From a virus, in IMG/VR virus record IMGVR_UViG_3300045988_146822, positions 1 to 51,263 of that record: a DNA stretch of 51,263 bases, one strand, 5' to 3'. Positions 1-8,247 of the stretch are shown piece by piece. The translations under genes and the position numbers were made by a program. Position 1 is the stretch's first letter; every line of letters begins with the position of its first letter. The notes under the pieces are model-generated. The model was not told the origin of the DNA. It worked only from the letters and a program-made list of their open reading frames with translations, and did no database searches.

Positions 1-38
1 ACCGCCCTCAAACGAGAGCGGTCTGTGCGATTTTTTTA
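1..38 (-). terminator. Hairpin ACCGCCCTC-AAAC-GAGAGCGGT with flanking A/T runs, between the late-regulator gene and the terminase gene
   Basis: 9-bp stem with one mismatch. On the minus strand it is followed by TTTGTGTT, on the plus strand by a T7 run. It lies inside the terminal repeat. Confidence 0.4.
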
Positions 39-55
39 TCTTAGGAGTTCTATAT
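1..55. repeat. 55-bp terminal direct repeat, identical to 51209..51263 (circular closure or terminal redundancy)
   Basis: The first 55 nt (accgccctcaaacgagagcggtctgtgcgatttttttatcttaggagttctatat) recur exactly as the last 55 nt. Unique length is 51,208 bp. Confidence 0.95.
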
Positions 56-132
56 ATGTCCTGTTTGTCAAACTTTCATAATACCATTATACGCAGGATA
101 AGGGTGACATTCAATGACATTTCAAAATAATT

Positions 133-543
133 TTACGAGAAATCGAATTTTTTTCGGAACGCCTGTAACGCTTCGCCGTGCAATCTCAGGGTATGCCTTA
201 CGCTCATTTCCATACTCTCGGCAATATCCTCCCACCTCTGACAATTTATGTAATACTCGGTCAAAATTGCAATGTAACGGTAATCGTCAAGTGCGTTGAT
301 TTTACTGCGGATTTCAGTTTTCAACCGCACAAGATTGTCAATTTCCCGATTGATTTCAGCCTGAAGGTCTGCAATCCTGTCAACAATCCGCATAGGGTCA
401 TTCACTCCTGATGTCTTAACAGGCTCGTTCTGCTTAACTGATACCTGTGCAATATTCAGCCTAAGTTTCGACAGTTCGTGTTCTTTCGTTCTGATCAGCT
501 TATCCGAAACCCTGACCGAATATAAATAATCTTTAACCGTCAA
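133..543 (-). CDS. Late-gene transcriptional regulator, sigma-70 region-4-like (DUF1492/RinA/ArpU-type by position and C-terminal HTH)
   Basis: 136 aa with a coiled-coil N-terminus. C-terminal YRYIAILTEYYINCQRWEDIAESMEMSVRHTLRLHGEALQAF resembles a region-4 HTH. The gene sits immediately upstream of the terminase on the circle. Confidence 0.55.
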   Translation of the reverse strand: MTVKDYLYSVRVSDKLIRTKEHELSKLRLNIAQVSVKQNEPVKTSGVNDPMRIVDRIADLQAEINREIDNLVRLKTEIRSKINALDDYRYIAILTEYYINCQRWEDIAESMEMSVRHTLRLHGEALQAFRKKFDFS

Positions 544-550
544 TCCGTAT

Positions 551-1495
551 CTACCTCGCTTTCAATTCTTCAATCACTCGCTCCAACGCAAATTTTGCGT
601 TATCAGTGAGTTGTCTTTGCCATACGCCATTGGAAGGCGACCACCTGAAACCGTTTTGTTTCAAAACTGTTCTTGTGTCTGCGTCGGGCTTGCCGTCAAA
701 TCTAAGCTGTAAACGCATAATATCAGCATTTTCAATAACCTCAAATAAATCTGTATTATATGTTTCATTCGTCTGTTCTGTAGCCGTTTCTTTCAGTCTT
801 TCAAGTTCGGCAATTCTTTTCCGAGTGTTTTTAATTTTTGCGTTATTATTTGTTAAGGTGTATGAAGCAAAAGGTACGCCGTCAAAACTTTCTTTGATAG
901 CCTTGTCAAGCTCTGTGGCTCTTTCATCTGTATAATCTTTATAGCCTTTCATTGTTTTGTGCTTACGATAATAGGCGTTTGTAGCTTTCATTTCTGTCTG
1001 CAATGCTTCGGCCTTTGCAAGTTTATTCCGCAACTGCTCTATGGCATCCGCGTCACCCGATTTAATGATATTTGTACCTTTTAACAGCCCTTTGATTTTT
1101 TCGGGTATTTTTTGAATTTCATCATATAACTGATAGTGCTTATCTCGTGCGGCATTCTGCTTTTCTTTCTTTCTTACGGGGAAATTACTACCGCCGCTAA
1201 TCATCACGGACGGACACATCATTTCAATTCTGAATTGCTTGTTATACCATTCAGCAAGGCGACGGGCGTATCTGTCTGCCATTGTCGCCCCTTTTTCTTT
1301 CAAGTCGTCGGGTAACTTATCAACAAGGCTGTAACACTCGTCAACTCGTGCTTTATATTCTGCTGTTTTACTGCCGTGCTGATAATCTCTAAAAGACCAA
1401 CATTCACGGGCTTGTCTTGCGGCGGTTTCGTTAATTTCATAGTATTTTATTTTATTAATCTCTTTCATCTGTTTGATTTTTTCAAAGTTTGTCAT
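551..1495 (-). CDS. DUF3560-like protein (family name from memory, not searched)
   Basis: 314 aa. The C-terminal motif LKQNGFRWSPSNGVWQRQ is typical of DUF3560-type proteins of phages and conjugative elements. Confidence 0.45.
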   Translation of the reverse strand: MTNFEKIKQMKEINKIKYYEINETAARQARECWSFRDYQHGSKTAEYKARVDECYSLVDKLPDDLKEKGATMADRYARRLAEWYNKQFRIEMMCPSVMISGGSNFPVRKKEKQNAARDKHYQLYDEIQKIPEKIKGLLKGTNIIKSGDADAIEQLRNKLAKAEALQTEMKATNAYYRKHKTMKGYKDYTDERATELDKAIKESFDGVPFASYTLTNNNAKIKNTRKRIAELERLKETATEQTNETYNTDLFEVIENADIMRLQLRFDGKPDADTRTVLKQNGFRWSPSNGVWQRQLTDNAKFALERVIEELKAR

Positions 1496-1507
1496 TGTGT
1501 TTACCTC

Positions 1508-1698
1508 TCATTTCAATAATTCGTCTGCTGTGACATTGAATAAATCTGACACAGCTATTATGGTTTCGATAGTAGGCTCATTTTTCCAATTTCATAGCTT
1601 GAAATGCTTGACCTACTCAAATAGAGCTTTTCACCCAGTTCATCTTGCGTTAATCCATTTTCAAGCCTTAACGCTTTTAGCTTTTCGGGGAATGCCAT
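1508..1698 (-). pseudogene. XRE-family HTH gene interrupted by a 1-nt frameshift in an A5 run
   Basis: From the ATG at 1698 the reading is MAFPEKLKALRLENGLTQDELGEKLYLSRSSISSYEIGK, then a stop 7 codons later. Shifting -1 at ggaaaaatg restores NEPTIETIIAVSDLFNVTADELLK*, a complete roughly 63-aa HTH_3 protein. Both pieces fall below the ORF-track length cutoff. Confidence 0.7.
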
Positions 1699-1704
1699 TA
1701 TTTT

Positions 1705-2568
1705 TCACCAATCCTCTCCGTCAAAACTTAATTGTCCGGGCAAAACACCATCCTGCATCCACCAATGGAAGACCTCAAGTCCATTAGCGTGTTGTGTAGC
1801 TTTGCCTCTTTGCTTTCTCACTTCAAGCATCTTGTCGAATGCTCTTATATACATTTTTCGGTACTTGGGATATCGTGCAAACTCCGCAAATCTCTTCTTA
1901 CTTGTCATCGGACAGCCAATGCACCCAACACGGTTAAATCCATAACTGTATAACGGATTAAGATTAATGTGTTCTTGGTTGATGTACTCCCAAACATCAC
2001 TATCCGACCAATCACAAATAGGGTTGAAAATTATCTTTCCTTGTAACTGACAATGCTCAACTATCTGCCTTTTATCGTCATTGTCATTGTTAAGGACAAT
2101 TTTATTCGACAGATTAGAAGAATAAGTTTCGATTATTCCCTTCGACCGTCTTTTCGTACTTTCGGCTCTTCGCACTCCTGTGGCAATAGCACGATTCTTA
2201 CCGCCTGTTTCTTTTAGAATTGCACAACAATATCTTACTAACCTTGTAGGAGGAATACCTTTTTGCACTATCAGTGACCACATAGATGTCGGCTTGCCCT
2301 TGTATCTTGGCATATCAATGTTGCATTTTATGCCTTTAGATTCCAACTCCTTAAATTTATTGCGTATGTGGTAAATTGTTTCGGGAGCATCAGCCGTTGT
2401 GTGACTATGTTGAACCTCAAAGTCTATGCCTGATTTAATCGCTAAATTTAAAATAATGTCGCTGTCTTTACCTCCTGAATAACAAAGCATAAGCGGTTTA
2501 TCATAGTAGCGTTTACTTATTTCTGCTCCGTCACGAAGTCGCATTATAGCAACCTTTTCTAAGTCCAT
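1705..2568 (-). CDS. Phosphoadenosine-phosphosulfate reductase family (PP-loop ATP pyrophosphatase) protein
   Basis: PP-loop motif CYSGGKDSD near the N-terminus and C-terminal cysteine cluster VGCIGCP. 287 aa. Confidence 0.75.
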   Translation of the reverse strand: MDLEKVAIMRLRDGAEISKRYYDKPLMLCYSGGKDSDIILNLAIKSGIDFEVQHSHTTADAPETIYHIRNKFKELESKGIKCNIDMPRYKGKPTSMWSLIVQKGIPPTRLVRYCCAILKETGGKNRAIATGVRRAESTKRRSKGIIETYSSNLSNKIVLNNDNDDKRQIVEHCQLQGKIIFNPICDWSDSDVWEYINQEHINLNPLYSYGFNRVGCIGCPMTSKKRFAEFARYPKYRKMYIRAFDKMLEVRKQRGKATQHANGLEVFHWWMQDGVLPGQLSFDGEDW

Positions 2569-2783
2569 TACTTTTCACGCTCCTTTTTTTCGGCAATAAG
2601 ATGTAAGCCTTTGTAACAATCATCACATAGCTGTATTTTAATTTTTCTCTTGCTGTCGATGGGAATCACAATCCCACTACTGCAATCAGTATCCATCATC
2701 CCTACATAAAATTCCTTCATTTTAACTGAGTGCGGATTTGTGATAACTTTGTTACAACTATCACACTGATAGACCCTCATCAC
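2568..2783 (-). CDS. Small zinc-ribbon protein, hypothetical
   Basis: 71 aa with CDSC near the N-terminus and CDDC near the C-terminus. Its start overlaps the upstream stop and its stop codon abuts the start of the downstream gene. Confidence 0.55.
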   Translation of the reverse strand: MMRVYQCDSCNKVITNPHSVKMKEFYVGMMDTDCSSGIVIPIDSKRKIKIQLCDDCYKGLHLIAEKKEREK

Positions 2784-3202
2784 TCTTCACCTCCCTCGGC
2801 AGGCATAGGCTGATTCCAACATTCAACACATTTGTTGGAATCTTTTTTGCAATCCTCTACGCTCATCAACCCTAATTTGCAATTCTCTGCGCTCATCAAC
2901 CCTAAATCATGAGGACACACATAGGAGGGTTTACCGTTATTATCGAGAGGAATATTTGGATATTTCTCTAATAAATCCGTCAGATAAGTTCTCTGTGGAT
3001 TTGCATCGCTCCACTTCTGTATAATTACAATTGCCTTTTCGGGATAGAGCATTTCAAAAGCTGTACATGATTGCCCTTTATTGTTATTTATGCTACATAA
3101 AGGACAGTTAGAGCAGCCAAGTTTACATAGCCCATTCTTTGCTCTTTCCGTCATTCTTCGTTTTTCGGCGAAATAATTCTCTGTTTTTGAGCAGTCAATC
3201 AT
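2780..3202 (-). CDS. Cysteine-rich hypothetical protein
   Basis: Start moved to the ATG at 3202, which has GAAGGAG 9 nt upstream. Many Cys residues. Contains the internal duplication GLMSAENCKL/GLMSVEDCKK. Confidence 0.5.
   Translation of the reverse strand: MIDCSKTENYFAEKRRMTERAKNGLCKLGCSNCPLCSINNNKGQSCTAFEMLYPEKAIVIIQKWSDANPQRTYLTDLLEKYPNIPLDNNGKPSYVCPHDLGLMSAENCKLGLMSVEDCKKDSNKCVECWNQPMPAEGGEE
2848..2907. repeat. 30-bp tandem duplication inside the Cys-rich ORF
   Basis: tgcaatcctctacgctcatcaaccctaatt followed by tgcaattctctgcgctcatcaaccctaaat, with three mismatches. Confidence 0.8.
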
Positions 3203-3545
3203 TTTCTTCATCTCCTTCAAAATTAACAATTTTTCCATTGTCGGTGTAATCTCGTTTGTCAAATTCAAGTTTCAGCTTGTCGATGACAACTCTGTCGATA
3301 TGCTCCCAAAACACTTCGTCAGTGTCGGAGTGTTCAATTATTTCGGTCATAGACTTTAGTGCCTTTGCACATCTGTCACGACCAAATCCGAAATCCTTAT
3401 GCAAAGCATACAGCATTGTTTTAAATACTCTGCGTGTGATGTCCTTGTTTTCTTTTTCTCGGATCTGCTCGTATGCGTTTTTGGCAATCCGTTCAGCTTC
3501 CTGTTTGAGCTGTTTCGGGATTTTAGGCGGTATTCTCGCTTTCAT
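3195..3545 (-). CDS. Hypothetical protein
   Basis: Start chosen at MKARIPPK, which has AAAGGAGAG 6 nt upstream. 116 aa. Confidence 0.5.
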   Translation of the reverse strand: MKARIPPKIPKQLKQEAERIAKNAYEQIREKENKDITRRVFKTMLYALHKDFGFGRDRCAKALKSMTEIIEHSDTDEVFWEHIDRVVIDKLKLEFDKRDYTDNGKIVNFEGDEEND

Positions 3546-3741
3546 CGTTTGCTCTCCTTTCGTCAATCTTATCAAGTGCAGTTACAATCAACGAGCTTTG
3601 GGCTTTGGTGTCCATAAGCTCTGCCTGATAGTAAAACCGACCCGTTGTATTCCGTCTGATGATACAGCCTTTCAAAATGTATTCTGCTCCATTGTACAGC
3701 ACGGTTCTTTCAAGGTTGCGTTTAACTTCCGAGATATTCAC
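3523..3741 (-). CDS. Hypothetical protein
   Basis: GTG start at 3741 overlaps the RusA stop (GTGA) and has AAGGTGGA upstream. 72 aa. Confidence 0.45.
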   Translation of the reverse strand: MNISEVKRNLERTVLYNGAEYILKGCIIRRNTTGRFYYQAELMDTKAQSSLIVTALDKIDERRANDESENTA

Positions 3742-4124
3742 AGCATTTCCACCTTGATGTAAATACCCGAAACCTCTGCCCAAAACTTTTCACATATCTC
3801 ACTTGCGACAAGTGCGTCATCAGACCAAAAGCCGATAGCGGTCATACAATCTTTTAGCATTTTTTGCAGATTGTCTGTATCGGGCTTTGTTATACGATAT
3901 TCGCCGTCCTGATGTTTACCACGAGGGAAGCACCACTTTGTTATCAACCTGACACCCGACTTGTACGGGTCTGACGGTTTAAACTTTGCTAAATGTGACA
4001 TGAGCTTTTCTCTTGCCTGTTTCACCTCGGGCGGATTGTAAAAAACAGGTTTGCCGTTTTTTACCATAACCTTATGTTCCTGTGCAGTTACGGTCGGCGG
4101 TATCATCGCCATAAAAAATTCCAT
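3738..4124 (-). CDS. rusA: RusA-family Holliday junction resolvase
   Basis: 128 aa. TKPDTDNLQKMLKDCM matches the RusA KPD-x-DN-L catalytic motif. Confidence 0.75.
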   Translation of the reverse strand: MEFFMAMIPPTVTAQEHKVMVKNGKPVFYNPPEVKQAREKLMSHLAKFKPSDPYKSGVRLITKWCFPRGKHQDGEYRITKPDTDNLQKMLKDCMTAIGFWSDDALVASEICEKFWAEVSGIYIKVEML

Positions 4125-4185
4125 TTTTAATATTTCACTCCTTTAAAGCATTAAAGCTACTTTTGATTTTTGAATTTTGCTTTTA

Positions 4186-4470
4186 GTCACAGGTCAGGGG
4201 AAGGAGTTGTTGTGCGTAAGCTTCGCACAACTACTTCACCCCTGTGACCTTAGGGAACGGAAACCGTTTATATATACGTAGTATATATACTTTTTCTTTC
4301 CCTCGGAAAATCTCGAGAAAAAAGTCATTTTCCGTCATTTTTAGAAAAGGAAAATCTCGGGAAATTTTCCCTATTTTCCCTCACGAAAAGGGAAATTCTC
4401 GAATAAATTTTCCTTCCAAATTTGACAGAAAGGGAAAATTTATTCGACTTTTTCCTTTTCCCTCAATCCT
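4186..4470. promoter_or_regulatory. Putative phage replication origin: long imperfect hairpin, AT palindrome and GGAAAAT iterons
   Basis: Imperfect inverted repeat at 4188..4250 around an AAGCTT loop. Perfect palindrome TATATATAC-GTA-GTATATATA at about 4270..4290. About ten GGAAAAT/ATTTTCC units in both orientations at 4297..4470, including GGAAAATCTCGAGAAA (4305), GGAAAATCTCGGGAAA (4349) and GGGAAATTCTCGAA (4390). The region abuts the 3' end of the primase-helicase gene. Confidence 0.5.
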
Positions 4471-6650
4471 GTTTTACCGCCGTCAATCCAAAATCCGCCG
4501 TGCTCTTTTAATCGATTTCGGACTGTTTTTTCGGTAACTCCAAGATATGTAGCAATGTCATTTATATCTGCCTGACCGTTATTTTCTTCTGCAGTAAACG
4601 CTGTCATAATAGATTCTGAGCGTTCTTTTTTGCGTTCCGATTCACTCTTTTTCTTACCGAAATTCTTCTTGTAAGGCGGGTTAAAATCGCCCTCAAAATT
4701 ACAGTCTTTCAACACACTTGTTGTATCTGATTTGTGTATCGGATAATCAAACCAAAGATTAAGTGCATCCAATGCCGGAAACTCTCGCAGAGTACCCTCT
4801 ATTCTCCACGCTGACATCCCTTTTACGGTTTTTTCGGCACGGGCAACATCTGACATCATCAGCTTAAAAGACTGTTCAGGAAGCGTTTTGCGTGCGATGT
4901 CAATCATATTATTTGCCATTACCAAATCGTCCTGCGAACACACTTCGCTGATTTTGTTGAAGCGACCTATCCAGTCTTTGCAGATTTTACAGATTCTTTC
5001 ATCCTTTTGCTGTTTCATCAAATCTTCGCTGATTTCAAGCCTTGTAAGGTCAAGGAGTGCATCGGGGTCACGAGCGAAAACACCCGAGCCCGAAACTCTG
5101 TCCATTGACTTTTTACCGCCCTGAGCACCTTTTGAATGGTGATGACAGTAAATTACCGCACAACCGATTTCGGTACACACCTTATCAAACTGGTTGCAAA
5201 AGTGTGCCATTTGGTCTGCGCTGTTCTCATCACCTGTGATAACCTTGTATATCGGGTCAATCACTACGGCTATAAAGTTGCCTTTCAATGCTCTGCGTAT
5301 CAGCATAGGCGCTAACTTATCCATAGGCACGGACTTGCCACGCAAGTTCCAAATATCAATTCTGTTTAAGTTCTTTGGTTCAAGTCCAAGTGCTTCATAT
5401 ACGTCCTTGAATCTGTGAAAACAGGACGCACGGTCAAGCTCAAGATTCACATACAAGACATTGCCCTGCGCACACTTAAAGCCGAACCATTCTGTTCCCT
5501 CTGCAATTGCAATACACAATTCGATAAGACCAAATGACTTACCTGCTTTTGAGGGTCCGCCGAGGAGCATTTTATGCCCCTGTCGCAATACTCCCTCAAT
5601 CAGAGGCGGAGCAAGTTCGGGAGGATTTTCAAAAAAATCTGCGAGGTTGTCAAGATTGGGCAAGTCATCGTTGATACTTTCCACCCAGTCTTTCCACTCG
5701 GCAAAATCGGATTTACCAATATTGGTATCAATGATAAACTGCTTTTTGCCGTTGCGGATAACACCGGGCATACGGCTCAGCCTTGACGGATTGCGGTTCT
5801 GCTTGTCGATTTCAAAGCCGTTTTTATGGCATACATTGTAGAGATAATCAACCCTTTTGCGGTATTCGTCATAGTTTGCGGCATCAATCTTAACAATAGC
5901 GTGGACTGATTTTCCGCCCGAATAAACAAGCACCGCAACAGGCAGCTCAAGCTCTCTGATGATTGCATTTTGTTCTTCAAGAGCCATACAGTCAGATTCC
6001 ACGAGAGCATAACGATAATCGGTTACATTCTCATTTTTTACACCCTTGCCGTCCAATGGGTTGAACCTTATCCACGCTCCTGCTTCAGGCTTGTAATCAC
6101 CGAATACATTTGATATATCACCGTCACAATTGTTGAGGGCGGCAATAAGCTCACCTGCCGTACGGTCACAACTGCCCTTTGTAGGCAGATATTTAACCTT
6201 GCCGTTATCGTTCTTCTCCCAAGTTTCGGTTACATAGCCAACATTTTCGGAGCTGTCAAAGAGGGTTTCAAGGTAGGTTACAATTTCATTCACAGGATTC
6301 CAGTTTGCAGGCTCGTGAAACTTTACACCCTCACAGGCTGTTACTCCGATATCGCCCTGTTCAAAAGCAATTTCATCATTCCAGCCGAGTTCTTTCGATT
6401 CACGAAAAGTCATCCCCCTGTCTTTTGCCATTTGGACTATCGTGCCTGCTGTGACAGGTGAGGCAGAGCCGTTAAAGCTCTGCCATTTCTTTTCACACTC
6501 ACCGTTGTGATATCGGCTGTCTGCTCTGCTCCAATCGTCCCAGTCCTTTACGCTGTATCCCTCTTGTTTGAGTGCCATTCCGACATTTACCCAGTCTTGG
6601 TAGTCAAGCTCTGATGGACTGATGTATTCAAGTGCATTAAGTAAGTCCAA
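4440..6650 (-). CDS. Primase-helicase: PriCT-2 N-terminus, primase-polymerase-like core, RecA-like (AAA_25/RepA-type) ATPase, C-terminal HTH
   Basis: N-terminal DYQDWVNVGMALKQEGYSVKDWDDWSRADSRY...KKWQSF matches PriCT-2. Walker A is GGPSKAGKS. The C-terminal segment IATYLGVTEKTVRNRLK looks like an HTH. 736 aa. Confidence 0.75.
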   Translation of the reverse strand: MDLLNALEYISPSELDYQDWVNVGMALKQEGYSVKDWDDWSRADSRYHNGECEKKWQSFNGSASPVTAGTIVQMAKDRGMTFRESKELGWNDEIAFEQGDIGVTACEGVKFHEPANWNPVNEIVTYLETLFDSSENVGYVTETWEKNDNGKVKYLPTKGSCDRTAGELIAALNNCDGDISNVFGDYKPEAGAWIRFNPLDGKGVKNENVTDYRYALVESDCMALEEQNAIIRELELPVAVLVYSGGKSVHAIVKIDAANYDEYRKRVDYLYNVCHKNGFEIDKQNRNPSRLSRMPGVIRNGKKQFIIDTNIGKSDFAEWKDWVESINDDLPNLDNLADFFENPPELAPPLIEGVLRQGHKMLLGGPSKAGKSFGLIELCIAIAEGTEWFGFKCAQGNVLYVNLELDRASCFHRFKDVYEALGLEPKNLNRIDIWNLRGKSVPMDKLAPMLIRRALKGNFIAVVIDPIYKVITGDENSADQMAHFCNQFDKVCTEIGCAVIYCHHHSKGAQGGKKSMDRVSGSGVFARDPDALLDLTRLEISEDLMKQQKDERICKICKDWIGRFNKISEVCSQDDLVMANNMIDIARKTLPEQSFKLMMSDVARAEKTVKGMSAWRIEGTLREFPALDALNLWFDYPIHKSDTTSVLKDCNFEGDFNPPYKKNFGKKKSESERKKERSESIMTAFTAEENNGQADINDIATYLGVTEKTVRNRLKEHGGFWIDGGKTGLREKEKVE

Positions 6651-8247
6651 CCGTATTCACCTCGCTTTGCGGTACATATGTTTTCGGGTTAATGTTTTTC
6701 GGAGTTCTCCAACCGTTTGCGGCAATCCTTGAAATCAAAGCTGACGCTTCGTCAAACTGCCATTTGCCCACGTGCTGAAAACCTCTGCTTTCAAGCATAC
6801 GGATTTGTTTAGGTGTGGTTAAGCCCTCAATTCTTCGCTTTTCGAGCCTGTCAAGAATAAGTTTTGCTTTGCCGGCGCTCTGGATTTCATCAGGGAATAT
6901 TCCGAGCTTTTCAAGTTTTGCTTTCTGTTTGTCTGTAGGCGGAGAACACTCCCAGCCGAATGCCGGAACATATCCTGCAAGGTCCTGCGCCTGAATTGAC
7001 ATTTCGTACTGCAACGGATCTACAAGTTTGCGTTTGCGTGTTCGCATTTCCGCAAGCTGATTTGCAAGCGCCTCTTCACGCTGAGCAACAACATCTTCAC
7101 TTGCTTTTTCCTCCGCTTCTTCAATGTCAATCGGACAGCCTGCCTGTTCCGATAAGTTTTCGGTCATCTTTTGTGCGACCTCTTCGTTATCGCAAATGAG
7201 ATGTGCAGGTCTGCAAAGTTCGTGCCTTTCTGTGTGCCACAAAAAGTCGAGTAGCAAAAGCTCCGTCTTGTTTGGAGCAAGTCTTGTACCTCTGCCGACC
7301 ATTTGGCAGTAAAGTCCACGCACCTTTGTAGGTCTCAAAACAACAACGCAGTCAACGCTTGGGCAGTCCCAACCCTCGGTTAAAAGCATTGAGTTGCACA
7401 ACACATTGTATTTATCGTTTTCAAAGTCCTGCAATATCTCTGCTCTGTCCTCGCTGTTACCGTTGACTTCTGCCGCCTTAAAACCTTTCTCATTCAAAAT
7501 GTCACGAAATTTTTGTGATGTTTTTACAAGAGGTAAAAACACGACAGTTTTACGGTCTTTACAGTATTTTTTCATTTCCTCGGCAATCTGATAAAGATAC
7601 GGATCAAGTGCCGTGTCAATGTCGCTTGCTTTAAAATCTCCTGCCTGTGTGGCAACTCCCGAAAGGTCAAGTGTAAGCGGTATTGTCACAGCTTTAATTG
7701 GTGTCAAGTATCCCTCTTTAATTGCTTTAGGTAATGTATACTCATATGCAAGACTATCAAATACTTGTCCTAAATTTTTCATATCTCCTCGGTCGGGTGT
7801 TGCTGTAACACCCAACACTTTTGCATTGTCAAAATGCTCAAACACACGCTGATAGCTGTCGCTGATTGAGTGATGTGCTTCATCAATAATGATTGTGTCG
7901 AAATAATCGCTGTCAAAGTTTGACAGCCTTTTCTCACGCATAAGCGTCTGTACAGAGCCTACAACAACCCTGTTCCACGAACCTATGCAACTTTGCTCGG
8001 CTTTTTCAACCGACGAATTAAGTCCTGTTGCCTTTTGGATTTTGTCTGCCGCTTGGTCGAGCAATTCTCCACGGTGGGCAAGTATCAGCACCCTGTCACC
8101 TCGACGGACACATTCTTCGGTGATTTTTGCAAAAACTATCGTCTTGCCACAGCCTGTAGGCAAGACAAGTAATGTTTTTAAATTGCCGCTTTCCCACTCG
8201 GAGAAAACGGCATTCTTTGCTTCATTCTGATACGGTCGTAACTGCAT
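6637..8247 (-). CDS. Superfamily-2 DEAD/DEAH-box helicase
   Basis: Walker A is LPTGCGKT and the DEAH box reads IIIDEAHH. The C-terminal helicase motif is VGRGTR. 536 aa. Confidence 0.85.
   Translation of the reverse strand: MQLRPYQNEAKNAVFSEWESGNLKTLLVLPTGCGKTIVFAKITEECVRRGDRVLILAHRGELLDQAADKIQKATGLNSSVEKAEQSCIGSWNRVVVGSVQTLMREKRLSNFDSDYFDTIIIDEAHHSISDSYQRVFEHFDNAKVLGVTATPDRGDMKNLGQVFDSLAYEYTLPKAIKEGYLTPIKAVTIPLTLDLSGVATQAGDFKASDIDTALDPYLYQIAEEMKKYCKDRKTVVFLPLVKTSQKFRDILNEKGFKAAEVNGNSEDRAEILQDFENDKYNVLCNSMLLTEGWDCPSVDCVVVLRPTKVRGLYCQMVGRGTRLAPNKTELLLLDFLWHTERHELCRPAHLICDNEEVAQKMTENLSEQAGCPIDIEEAEEKASEDVVAQREEALANQLAEMRTRKRKLVDPLQYEMSIQAQDLAGYVPAFGWECSPPTDKQKAKLEKLGIFPDEIQSAGKAKLILDRLEKRRIEGLTTPKQIRMLESRGFQHVGKWQFDEASALISRIAANGWRTPKNINPKTYVPQSEVNTVGLT

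Noticed and set aside
3195-3575. Longest-ORF starts for several genes (3575, 3783, 3268, 10195, 11505, 13876, 15420, 17172, 21626, 22537, 45604)
   Set aside because: Internal starts with clear Shine-Dalgarno sequences at correct spacing remove implausible long overlaps with upstream genes. The coordinates in the feature table use the RBS-supported starts.
4297-4470. A CRISPR-like array suggested by the many short repeats
   Set aside because: The repeat units are only 7 to 16 nt, occur in both orientations and have irregular spacing with no spacer structure. There are no cas genes. An iteron/origin interpretation fits better.
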